This document shows, in pieces, positions 25,160 through 36,920 of a stretch of 64,000 nucleotides of DNA. Position 1 is the stretch's first letter. Each line of letters begins with the position of its first letter. The translations under genes were made by a program, and so were the position numbers. A model generated the notes under the pieces. The model worked only from the letters and a program-made list of their open reading frames with translations. It made no database searches and was not told the origin of the DNA. Origin of the DNA: Harriotta raleighana (taxonomy: Eukaryota); contig JBNZDD010013683.1 in NCBI GenBank assembly GCA_050575255.1, forward strand, positions 186,001 to 250,000, read 5' to 3'.

Positions 25160-25240
25160 AATCATAATAATAATAATCTTTACATTGGATACAGTGCCTT
25201 ATCATGACTTCAAGACATCTCAAAGCGCTTCACAAATGGT
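25160..25240 (-). mobile_element. SINE tail
   Basis: (AAT)n...ATACAGTGCCTTATCA...GACATCTCAAAGCGCTTCACA. Confidence 0.75.
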
Positions 25241-28200
25241 CCACAACAGAAATGTAAGCAGGAGTCCTTGCCATGTGTTGCTCATCTCCTGTGACTGTGC
25301 GTCTTTAAGATAGATACACCGGTAACAACTTTCTCATCTAGTTCAACATTTACATGTATTTCTTCTGGTTTTGTGCCGCCTGAGGTACAATCCAATGTTG
25401 ATAGTAATAATGTAACTTTCCCAACATCACAGCTTGGCGCTGAAAGGTCGACGCATTTTATAAAAGCGAAATGATCAAACTCTGCTCCTGAAAAGTTTAT
25501 TTCAGCTTTCATTAGTTGAAAGAAAGGAAGAAACGACAAAGCCTCAATTCACAATTTTCCAATAAACCGATGCAAACAAGATGAAGTGGGGGAAAAATGT
25601 TTCAGGGAGATTGTTATGTGTTTATCGAGCAAGCTTTAGACGTGAGTATGTGTGAAAGGTGATTGTGAAGGAAAACAAAAAGAAAAATGTGGCCTGCAGC
25701 CAGGCTTGTGTTCCAGTCGAAGCAAATGTTTCACAATGGGAGCAAATCCTTCCTTCTGGGAAATCTTTCTAAGAACAAAAGCTCAATTCATTCAATTTAA
25801 CTTACGTGCATAAGCAGTTTTCCTCCCATCATAGTGTGTGCCTGTTTATCATATTCCCTCTCTTCCTTAGCCTGGCTCTGGGCATGCTAACATTGGTGAC
25901 ATTAACATTCCTCATTGAATTTGTAGATCGCTTTAAATGTGCTGCACCACACAACTTTGCTGTGTGCTACATCCATTCCACTCTCATAAACTTTAAAATG
26001 TACAACACTTTTTTGTAATTTGTTGAAAAGAAGCTCAGGTAATTAATTCCTTACTGTCAGACGTAATGCAAGTGTGATTTTGTAATGTTAAGGAAGGTTA
26101 AGGTATATCTGCGACTCACTCACTGTCCTTGCAGCAGCGGTAGCGACAGAATCAAGATTCCTTGCTTCTTGAACCTTTGTTGACAGAGTCAAATGCTACT
26201 GAATGGTTAGCTTTACAAAGCAAACCTGACTTGTTTATTGTGTCTCACTATTGCATCCAGCACTGGGAATAACATTTTGCTGTTAACTGAACACAGGGAA
26301 AGGTGAGCGAAGACCAAAGGAAGATTTGTACGGATTAGGTTTATTTTTTAAAAATCCTTGCATTGGTTCCAAAGCATTCATAGGAAATACTGTGAAGTGC
26401 AGTCACTGTGTGTTTTGTAGACAAATTGAGGATTGGCGGCGACATAATTAAAGATCAGTCTCTTCAATTCAACACCAATGAGTGCCCAATTAAGTATTTA
26501 TTAGCAATAACTATAGGGCTATTGTTATTAATGATAATTCTTGCATTTGGTACAGTGCCTTCCAAACATGAAGTGCTAGCATTTGGGTTGCTGAACTATG
26601 TGTAAAGCACATGATTTTTAAAACCAAAATAGAACTCCTTTTGTCTCAAATGATGATGCATCGTATCACCATATGAGACACCAAAGGCTACAGACACAAT
26701 ACATTTGACAGCAATTATCTGGCAAGTGCCTTTTGAAATATTATTGATTTTATAGGTGCTTTATTAAATAAAGCAGCGGTAGCCTAGCTAATGTGGATAT
26801 CTGTCCTTCAAACACACCTCAGTGCATTTCTTCTGCTGATTTGGGAGTGAACACCATCTGCTGCTGGTATACGTGGAATTCAGTGCCAGTCAATTAGGTT
26901 TAATAACTGAGCTTTCAGTTTTATGGGGTATACAGAACTCTGACATCCTGTCTACAGGGCAGGGGAAGGTAGAGTGCCTGTTAAAATGTCAGTACCAATT
27001 TATCTGGAATCTGCAGCAAGCAGAGAAACCAGTGGTAGACAGGTAAACGAAGAAGTCTGTAAATTTGACTTCCTATAGGCAGGCAACCCACCCCCACCAC
27101 ACCAGCCCAGCGCAAAACAGACGACCATTCACTATTGACTCGAACCGTCAAAATCCCCCGAGAACTCAATGTTTCAGTTCAGACTTTGGATGTCGAAGGT
27201 CATAACTTTCTCAAATGAGCAGCAAATCAGTCAAAGCGTATGTATGGCTTTCCACAGGAACAAACAACCAGTAATCTTAGGATTGTCCTGTAACATCCTA
27301 GAGAATCCCTCTGGATTATTGTGTGCGGTAATAGCCATTGTAGCAATATGAGGCGAATTGAGGTAGAACAGCCTAAATAATACAAAGATTCGGGGTGGGG
27401 TGGGTAAGGGGAGTATTTGTATTTGATATAGCACTATATATATTTGATATAGCGCCTTTTAAGATTGGGAGGATATTTCGAAACATTTCACGTGATCTAG
27501 TGCAAAAGGTAATGAGTGTATTTTCCAAGCAAAATAAATTGCAAGTTGCATCTAAGAGGAAGTTTAGCATATTTTCTTTGGAGAAGTGGAGACTTTGATG
27601 CAGTAAATGGGGAATTCAAACCGAACTACTTCACACTAAGGGAAAAAGACACGTTTCATACATGATCTGTATTTCTTTCATCAGATGACTGCTCACCTAT
27701 GAAGACGCCCCGAGCCCAGTGCTCATCAGTGGGGATTAGAATTCTAACTGGAATTCTGTTGACTGCCTGACAGGCGTACTCATCAAAACCTAGCAGTCCC
27801 GCGAGTTAGTGGAGAAAACACCATCAAAGTGGCAGGGAATCAAGCAAATTATATTCTGGTAGCAATCTGCAGATGGGTCATCGTTAGTCGTGATGGTACA
27901 AAACCTAAGCAGTATCATTCTTTCACGCTATCGCTGACAACATTGGGACACTTAGAAAGACCGGCCAGTTATGCTGTCTGTCTTGAGGCTGTCCTTCAAA
28001 TTGATTATGCTTTGAATGCATGCAGAGATGCACCAGGCTTGCAAGACAGCACTGTGAGGGGTTCATCAAGCAGCCAGCACACCCTATCTTGAATTTCACA
28101 ATTCAGCAGGACACCGGGCAGTCAGGAATAATGTCTACGACATATGTCAACACATTTGTTACGTCTGATAGAGCATGCCAGCCAGCATTCTGTTCGCTGC

Positions 28201-28464
28201 GCCTCCCCTGACACTGCAAAGCTTGTGAATGAATGTTTTGGAAAGCAAGTTGGCTTCTCTTCCAGATTGGTTGCACGCAATGAGTTTGTAGCCGGTTGAA
28301 ATCCCTGTGAATGCATCCATCGTTCCAGGGGTTTGCTGTGTTGATGCTTCAGTGTGTGTAAAAAAAGAATTGATCTTCCAATAAAACTGATTCAGTAACT
28401 TCACCCATTCAGCTCGAGAGATGCCTGACATGATCTTATATTTTGTCCTTAATCCCAGTATAAA

Positions 28465-28550
28465 TGATTAGGAATATAGGAACAGGTGTAGGCCGTTCAG
28501 CCCCTAGAGCCTGTTCTACCATTCTATTAAATCATATCTGAACTTTATCT
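28465..28550 (-). mobile_element. CR1 3' tail
   Basis: ATAGGAACAGGTGTAGGCCGTTCAGCCCCTAGAGCCTGTTCTACCATTC is the reverse complement of the CR1 3' UTR seen at ~4990-5040. Confidence 0.8.
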
Positions 28551-31500
28551 ATATTCCAATTAATAATAATAATCATGCAATTAATTCACATTAATTGATA
28601 AACTGAACACCTGATCTGATGAAGAGAACTATGCAGTGATCTCTGATGGAGGGGGTTGAATGTATTAACTGGATGGAGTCTGGCTGTGATTCAATGGTTG
28701 AATAGGCAACCACCACTCACTGTTAATTGATCACATACCAAGAATGGACAAGGCAACACAGAACACTGAGAGTTCAAGGAACTGTACCCCAGCGATGGAG
28801 TTACTGCCTTCAGAAGAGGAGGACATGGGAAAAGCTTACAAAACAAATACCAAATACAAACTTTATGGACTGAAATATTATGCTTTAAAATCCCAGTGTG
28901 CGCTCAATTTCAATAGAATACATACTGTACATTGCCAAAATCTTATTTGCCATTTGGTTTTCATTTGCTTGTTTAGGTTCTTTTATTGTAACACATCTGG
29001 ATCGAATGTTTCAGAGTATCAAAAATATTGATTATTTTCTCCATGACAATTGCCACATTGCAATAAGACTGATACAACTGGATTCCTTCAAACTGTACTA
29101 CATAGCACTTCTGTGTGCATTAAATTCTTTGGTCTACCTTTTTTTTTTAAAAATCCCCAGAATTGTAAGTATGAATTAAGGCAAATAAGACAGCATGTGG
29201 TGAATGATGGACAGAACTTACAACCATTCTTTGAAGAGTGAAATAAGTGCTGATGTGAAAGATTTTCAGGGTTTTACGTTGTATGTGGTGGTGGGTCTGT
29301 ATTCTTGAAGGTCTAGTTCAGAGAGATGGAGAAAGTAATTGAATACTGTAGGAGGCTATGGTTAGCGCTTTGTCAAAACACTCTTTGAATTGTTAGACAA
29401 ATTCCAGACTTTAAATGAATTTGTCCCTTGTAGTCTGGTTCTTCGTTGCAACAATTGAGTGGGATCAGTGGTAATATGCCTGGCTTTGGAACACACATGA
29501 TATGAAGGGTTGCGTTAGGGTTTAAGAAACTGGCTTCAGGTACAGGTACAGCATATCACAAAAGCAACTTTGAAGCTTCACCTATTTGTTCGAATTCTTT
29601 AGAATAGCAATGGAGTCCATGTCATGATAAAACAAACTGAATAATTCCACTCCCCCATCCCCCCAAGGGTATAACATGTGGGGGCTGTCTGCAGGTCAGT
29701 TCAGATATTATATTACCCCATACGCTGTAAGCATTGACTGGATTTATAGCTGAAAGATGCAGGAAGTCAACATCGGCTGTATTTCCAATCTGATATCAAT
29801 CTCTCGCTTCCCATCTTCAGACAAATCCCAGAAAATGAGGAGAAAGGTTTCACTCGAAATGAGAAGTTCCCAAATAAAACCTCTAACAATTACCCTTGCC
29901 CCGGTTCCTGAGATTGTGCTGAAATTGGACAAGAATAGGAATGAGTGAGAACCCAAGTCTAAAGGGATGTAAAGCAGTGTGAACGCTGTGCACGTAGGGT
30001 CTAGATTGCAAAGAATAGATTTCCTCCCTTCCCTTAACCCCAACACAGGCATTCACAAGACTCAGGTGTCAGGAAATTCAGTGCCTTACAGATGTCCTCC
30101 CAAAGTGAAGGGCGCTATACAAATGTCTTTTGCTGTTGTTATTGTGAGACAGCGAGAAAGAGATTTGGTTGATGATCCAATGGAGTGAAATTAATTTGGT
30201 CGCCTTTGAGTGTCAAATTTTAAACTCACACACCCAACTTGAGTAACCATTAACACAATCATGAATGAGCACACATGACACACAACCGATTTATTATTGT
30301 GCCATGTGCTGTGTATTACGGATCAATCGCTCACCCCTGAATCAAATGTTTGCATCGGTTACATGTTTACATTCTCCCTTTTAAAGAATTTATCCTGAGA
30401 CAGAATCCTGCCTCATCTGATTGCAAAGGTTTTCATTTCTGAATCAATCAGAACGAAGAAAATCCAATATCCTCACACTGACTAAGCTGGGATTTGATCC
30501 AGCACTAATTTCCACACAGGCTAGGCAAACTGTAACAGATCAACCATTAGTTAATGACTTCAGGATAGCATCTGTGCTGAAAATTCATTCAACTCATGCC
30601 TAATGACTTCTGTACTGTATTTTAAAAGGATCAAAACCCAAAAATAATTTTGTCGGAGAAATAATTTGTGAGCTTCTGAGATGTTCACGTTTGACAATTT
30701 ACAGCCTATATTGTAAACTAAATGGTAAGTAAGGCTCTGTGGGTTGGTATGTCTGCGACTGTTTAGCTGTTGGGCTACACTAGTGGCCCCCTAACTCCGC
30801 AACGTTTTCGTTGCGTCCCCCCATCCTTCACATGGCTCCACACACTCGGGTCCTCAGATTCTGCCAGGGATCCACACCCCTGACCACCGGGTCGGCAGGC
30901 TCGCGAGCAGGGGTGAAGCCGACCGACTGACTGCTCTTTAGTCTTCCAAATCCAATAGCAACAGCAAGCAATTTCTTAAAGAACTCGAATAACAAAATCT
31001 TCTGGATTCCAAGTTCCAATGGCTGCTTGTAGGAAGGTATGGATTCTGTGTGACCCATACCTTCCTACAAGAACAGCACTTTATTCTTAATTTATTCAGG
31101 CACAGAGCTGGGTAAGATCTGCAAGGGATTCTGTTACAAAGACAATGTGGGAACAAAGCGAAACACAATGTATCAGGCATTTTACTAAAAACTGTCCTTA
31201 ATCCAACTATAATCAAACTTAATACCCTTGGTGGGATCAGTTTCAAGCCAATGACAAGTTTTCCTGTGGCATACTGAAACACTTAGGACGGATTAATTGT
31301 ATTCTCACATGTGCTTTGTTAGCTTTGTAAACAAGGAGATACTGTTCTGTTGCGTTTAATAATTTGAGCAAATGATTGAAACATGTGTGGCAGACATGCA
31401 ACTGAATGAAATGGGTATCCGCTGCCTAGAGTTCATCAAATCAAGGTGCTCTGTGGTAATCGCAGTGAACTAGCTCCATCGCCTCTCGAACACCACAATT

Positions 31501-34362
31501 TACAAGCGATCTGCTAAAGATTTCACTTGGGTTTTTTTCTTATCAGAGGCTTATGAGGTATTTTGAACATGAGCATGGATGGGTGCCATTAACTGAAAGC
31601 TCGACTTTCTATTGATTTCAGAGTGAAATGGATTTTTCTGGTATGTGTTTTTTTTTAAGCAAAATTAAGTGCAGTGAAATGCGGTCACTATCTTATATGA
31701 GGCGGCTGTCTTTCATATTAATTTATTTTGCCTGCATCAAAGATCTATTTTATTTTGGCTTGGCTGCCCATAAATAATCTTACCAATGAGTTACATGGGT
31801 TTAAAGTTTTCTTGGACTTATGAGATGACATAAGTGATTCACCTGATGACCTGCAAGTCAGCGTTTTATTGAAGCATGTGGGATCAGGCTGCGCGCACTC
31901 ATTACAAGGTGGAGTATTAGAGCAGGTATTGTAAGCTAAATGTTCAGGCTCTGTGGGTTGATATATCTGTGACTGTTTCGCTGTTGCTTTATAACAGTAA
32001 TAACCCTGCGTATTCTCAACCCTTCTGTGCAATACGGCCACAATAACCCGGACTGAATGTCCAGCCTAATTGTCCATATACAATTCAGACATCTGAGCAC
32101 ATGTCAAGGTTAAAGGGAAGCTGCAATGGTCCTTTGTTTGGGGGGAGAGCGGTGGGGGGAAGCTTTTTAATTCAGGAGTCTGAACTTTCTCGCCCTCTTT
32201 CCAGCCTTTTTTTTTGAATGGACTGTGCACAGCTGTGATAAGGAGAATCGCAGCTATTAACAAGTGCTCTGTCGCCTCAAACAACAAGTTTCTTCCTGCC
32301 TATTGACCTCGTTGTGGCTTGTTTCCCAGTAAAGCTGCCCGCCAGATAGGACACACTTTTTGAAGGATGAGTTCTTTTCCCCACCTCCAAAAAAATATTT
32401 TACAACCATGAACTTTGTATAATGTGTTCAACCTGGGAGCCTTTTAACTGGGGGATCTGTCCACAATTAAGTCTACTGGCAAAGCAGGAACAAGATATCA
32501 TGCACATGGTGAAATAGTTGAGTGTCAGAATCAGACGCTGTAGGCTAAACCGGACACTACAGGCCATGGGATTCCGTCTGACAGTCCAATCACTCTTGAA
32601 ATGCAGAGCCTTTGTTTCTTCCAACAAATGCAGCAGTTTTGAATTTTATTGTTTCTCTCCCCCTACCACTCTTTCTTCTCACTCTCAATTGCCTACCCCT
32701 CTCGTTTTGTTTTATTCATGAGTTGGAATCTAAGTCATTCAACGCTCCTCCAAGCGTTGCATAAAGGGGCAGTACAGTGACCACCAGCGCTTCATGTTTC
32801 TGTAACTAATGGTTTATTCCCCCAGTCCATGTTGTTGTAGCTAGCGACCTCTGAGCTCTCGACTTTAAAAATCACAAAGCCATGAGGTTGACTCCATCGT
32901 TATCAGCTGCTCGAGCTCACTTGCCTGAGTTTCTCGCTTGTCAGCTGGGATATTTGATGGAGCACTGCGTGAGAATCAAAGTGTTCCATCGTGGAAGTGT
33001 GAAAAAATAATGGACATTGGCCAGCTTGCATAGTGCTTCCTGCTGACTTGAGAGACACTTTACTGCGCTGGTGGTGACGTCCACAGCCCAGAACATCTGA
33101 CCCTCCAGCTGAAGGTAGTAAATGATCTGCAGGAAAATGGGAAGGAGCCAAAATTCTTTTTTTTATTAAAAGAAATTCTTATGGCAACGAACAGTGTAAT
33201 TACAGTTTAGCATGATTTGCTTTACAGGAGTCTATACTGAACTGTGGGAGGATAATTGTACAAGAATAAGAGACTTTTTCTTTCTCGCCCATCTATATAT
33301 ACGATGCCTGCACCTATACATGTAGAGCAGTAGTGTCCTTGTCTGTAAAGTAGCACAACGACCATATACATTGAACAAGTGAGTGCTTGAATGCAAGTCT
33401 GTATACAATAAAACTAGTGGGTGGTAAAGATGGACACATCATGTATTATGGGTAAGCAAACATTTTCTGAGACAGACATCTGTGTGTATGTGTCGTGGTG
33501 TGCTTGTAATTGTATTCCTCAAGGGTGAATAAACATAAAGGTGAAGGTTATAGTTAGGCAAGGGTGCTATTTGGGTAAGATGTGTTCTCATGAAATAGCA
33601 GTGAATTATGTAAATGTTAAATTAACAATAATTCTATGCAGAATGAGGTTTTGCGTACAATCCATCAGGCTTTACGGCAAATATGTCACCAAGATGTATG
33701 CCTTAATCCCTAAACTCGAACTGCAGTTGTTAAATAAATGTTTGATCTGCCTGAGTAGAGCTTTAGAAACGTCCAGAAGTAAGAATGAAAATCCTACGAG
33801 TTTCCTTTCAACGAAGCTGCTTTAATGCAGGAAGTTGACATTGCATTTTTATACTGTAGTAACAAACAGATGAATGTAAGGAGGGAAAGCAGTGCCCCTT
33901 AGGAATAGCATTGTTTGCAATCACTGAGAGCTGGAAACAGTGTGGGAGAGACGAGACGAGGAAAGCATTAAATAACTGAAGCATTAATTAAATTAAAGTA
34001 TTAAAGGAGGAAAACAATTACAGTGAAATTTCTTAATTCTCTCTTCCCCCATGAGGAACCCCAATATTTAATTATCAACATTTTTCTCATCAATTGGTAT
34101 GTTATCGAGGATTACGAGGAAGGCAGGCGCGTTGCAGTAAAAGCTTTTCAACAGTTAATTAATATCAATTAATATCAGTGATTTAATATCATCAATTCTA
34201 AGGCTTCCTTTGACAAGCTGACTCTTCCCTCACCCACTGTCTAACTGAAAATGTAGACCACAAATGTAACATGCTTGAGTTTGGATATCTTCCATGATTG
34301 CCTCTTTAGCTGCTAAACAAAAAGATTGTTAGAAAACTGCACACTTGAGAGAAACATGTGCT

Positions 34363-35157
34363 AATAATAATAATCATAATCCTTGCATTTGATATAGCGC
34401 TTTTCACGTCTTCTAGACGTCTCAAAGCACTTAATAGAATGTACTGTAACATGAATTGACTGTATATTTGTGGGCGAAACGCGGCAGCCAGTTGCGCACA
34501 GTGATTATAATGAGAGAAAAATGCTGCTAATAATTAGGAGCTCTGAGGTCTAACCTTGTCAGACACTCATTCCTGATGCTGATTAATAATTGTAGATTCT
34601 GGCTAACAGTGCCTGTTTGAGATGTCTATAAATGCACTGATGCCAGACAGAAACAAAGCAGAATAATGAGAGTTGGCCAGGAATTTCTGTCCAATCTGTT
34701 GTCACCACTGTGGATAGTGCTCTCTGTCTGGTAGCAGAACCAACAGTCTGGACAGGAGTCTAAACTGATTCACTGTTTGCTGTTCATTCAATAAGGAATT
34801 AAGCTCATGGTGATCAAATTTGTGTTCACCAATAATAATGATGCAAGCAGTCGATAATACTCCCTTTATCAAGGCCTTGAGACGTCTCAAAGCACTTCAT
34901 AGAAGATACTACTAATAATAATCCTTGCATTTTGATATAGTGCTTTTCACATCTTATCGACGCCTCAAAAGTGTTTCACAGAATATGCTGTAAAGTGAAT
35001 TGACTGTATATTTGTGGGGGAAATGCAGCAGCCAATTGCGCACAGCAGTGTCCCACAAACAGTCGTGGATTGAAATGACCAATTTCTATTGTTGTGGTTT
35101 TTTCGACGGATTATTATTAGGCGTGTGAAGTAAGGTAAACTTGCCCAAAGTTTCGCG
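34363..35157 (-). mobile_element. Cluster of three 5'-truncated SINE copies (34363-34503, ~34830-34900, 34913-35157)
   Basis: Repeated (AAT)n CCTTGCATTTGATATAG.GC...TCAAAG tails, and bodies GCAGCCAATTGCGCACAGCAGTGTCCCAC. Confidence 0.85.
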
Positions 35158-35964
35158 AGGTTTCTATAAAGTTTCTATAAAGGTTTTTATCCAGAAAACT
35201 GACAGTATTTTGATATGTGTATATACAGTATAAGGCTGTATATGTTTACTTTTCTTTTGAAAAAAAAATCATTTTAAATCTGAGTTAATGTGTTTCCTGA
35301 GGTGCTGCGGCTGGAGGTTTGTGTGGATGGCATTTACTGCGACTGCATCATTTTCCGTGTAAACTGAGCTGATCTCTGAACTGATTCCAAAAACTGTCTG
35401 TGCTCCCCAACAGAATCTGACGTAGCTCTCGCTTTCCCGATCCTTACGGGACCTAATTAAAGCACCAAAGACTGGTGGCTGCTCTCTACTTAAAACAGCT
35501 GGGCACATGAGCGCATTGCAATGCCAAGTGAAAATGTTGCTTTCAGAACATCGGCATCAAAGCACAAGCTCCAGGAAGCCTCCATGAGCAACGTACGTTC
35601 CTTTGTAGTTTTCGAATCGTACACAAGCCCTGGTTGTTTTCCTCTACTTCAGTGTCTGGCACGCAAAATTTCATATTGTTTAATATTATTAATGGAACAC
35701 TCCAGACCTGTATCAATTTGCTGGAAAAATATGCATCTGTATTAAATTATTAACCAGTCTTTTTTTATTTGAAGTGCCTCAGCATCAGAATTTTCTTGGA
35801 GCACAAATTCCTGGCATGACTTTCAATCATTTGCAACCACAACCCTCTCCTCTCTTTACTACCCACTCTCTGACACCCCCAGTCCCCCACCCCCCCCACA
35901 CACCCCAAATCAATATGGTACATATTGCTCAGACGGTAGTCTGCGTGAAAACACCTCTAGCAAT

Positions 35965-36065
35965 ATAATAAGAATAATAATTCTTACATTTGATGTGGAT
36001 GCCTTATCAGATTGTTGAGATGTCTTAAAGCGCTTCACTGTATATATTGTAAAGTGGATTGATGT
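35965..36065 (-). mobile_element. SINE tail
   Basis: GCCTTATCAG...GAGATGTCTTAAAGCGCTTCAC...TGTAAAGTGGATTGA. Confidence 0.7.
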
Positions 36066-36079
36066 GGCGATATTGTGGC

Positions 36080-36325
36080 GACAATGCAAGGGGATAGAAC
36101 CTCAAAGACCAAGTTTAAACTGTTTATAAATGAAATTAGGAAATCTGATCTGCATGTCAGGGTGGTGAGGATGCAGAATTCTCTGACCCACAAGGCAATG
36201 AGTGCTGAATGGACTGGGATGTTTAAATGAGAGACACTTTAGCAAATTGCTTATTTGGGATGTGAGAGATTCTGAGGATATGGAGGTAACGCAGGGTTTA
36301 AAGACCTGTGGAAGATCAGCGATAG
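36080..36325 (+). mobile_element. Old, degraded CR1 3' fragment
   Basis: TTAGGAAA...CAGGGTGGTGAGGATG..GAATTCTCTGACCCA.AAGGCA.TG...GATATGGAG...GAAGATCAGC is collinear with the CR1 end. Confidence 0.55.
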
Positions 36326-36725
36326 GAATTTAAAACGTTTTGCCGTTCAATGTCCAAATCCCCTCCCACTACCACCACCACCATCACCACTGTAGGCATC
36401 GTAACCTATAATATTTGTTAGAAATCCTCAAATTGTCCAAATTAAGTCTCTTGAAACAAAGGAAAAGTAGTCCCTTGATTTAATCTAGACATGCTTTTTG
36501 ATCATTGATTTATTTCTAGTCCAATTCTGCTTCTCTTGCTATGCCAGGAGGCTCGCCTGAGGAAGAGATCGTTGGATCATACTCTATATTTTACAGAATG
36601 AATTACTTCCGAATAATTCTGTGGCTGCTAGTTACCGTGATAGGTGGGTGTTCTCATTTTTTTGTCAGTTATGCTTCTCTTCCCTTTGATCAGTTAGTTT
36701 GGGGTTGATTCGTAAATACAGGGCA

Positions 36726-36920
36726 GTCTGGTGAGCACAGCAAGTATCTAATCCCCGCCATTCAGCTGGTGGATTCACTTCTAAGCTTCTGATGGTCTGG
36801 TGAACACAGTGTGGTGTATGTACATCTATTCCCTACATCTAGTGATGGGTTTGCATCCAAGTTGCTGGTGGTCTGGTGAACACACAAATTCATCTGATCT
36901 CTTGTGGGTTTACATTTGAG
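36726..36920 (+). repeat. Degenerate ~70-bp tandem repeat, about 3 units
   Basis: GTCTGGTGA(G/A)CACA at 36726, 36795 and 36871; each unit also carries ATCT..TC and TGG(A/G)TT..C.T..(A/G)AG. Confidence 0.7.

Noticed and set aside
25282-25539. Protein-like minus-strand ORF (MKAEINFSGAEFDHF...)
   Set aside because: No recognisable homology and no convincing splice sites in a compatible phase.
27648-27684. Hammerhead-like core on the minus strand (CUGAUGA...GAAACGUGUC)
   Set aside because: Stem II does not close next to the core, and the flanks cannot form helix I.
32921-32989. ATG in good Kozak context (MEHFDSHAVLHQISQLTSEKLRQ) ending at CAA|gtgagc
   Set aside because: The phase-0 donor is out of frame with the phase-1 acceptor of exon 2; no other support.
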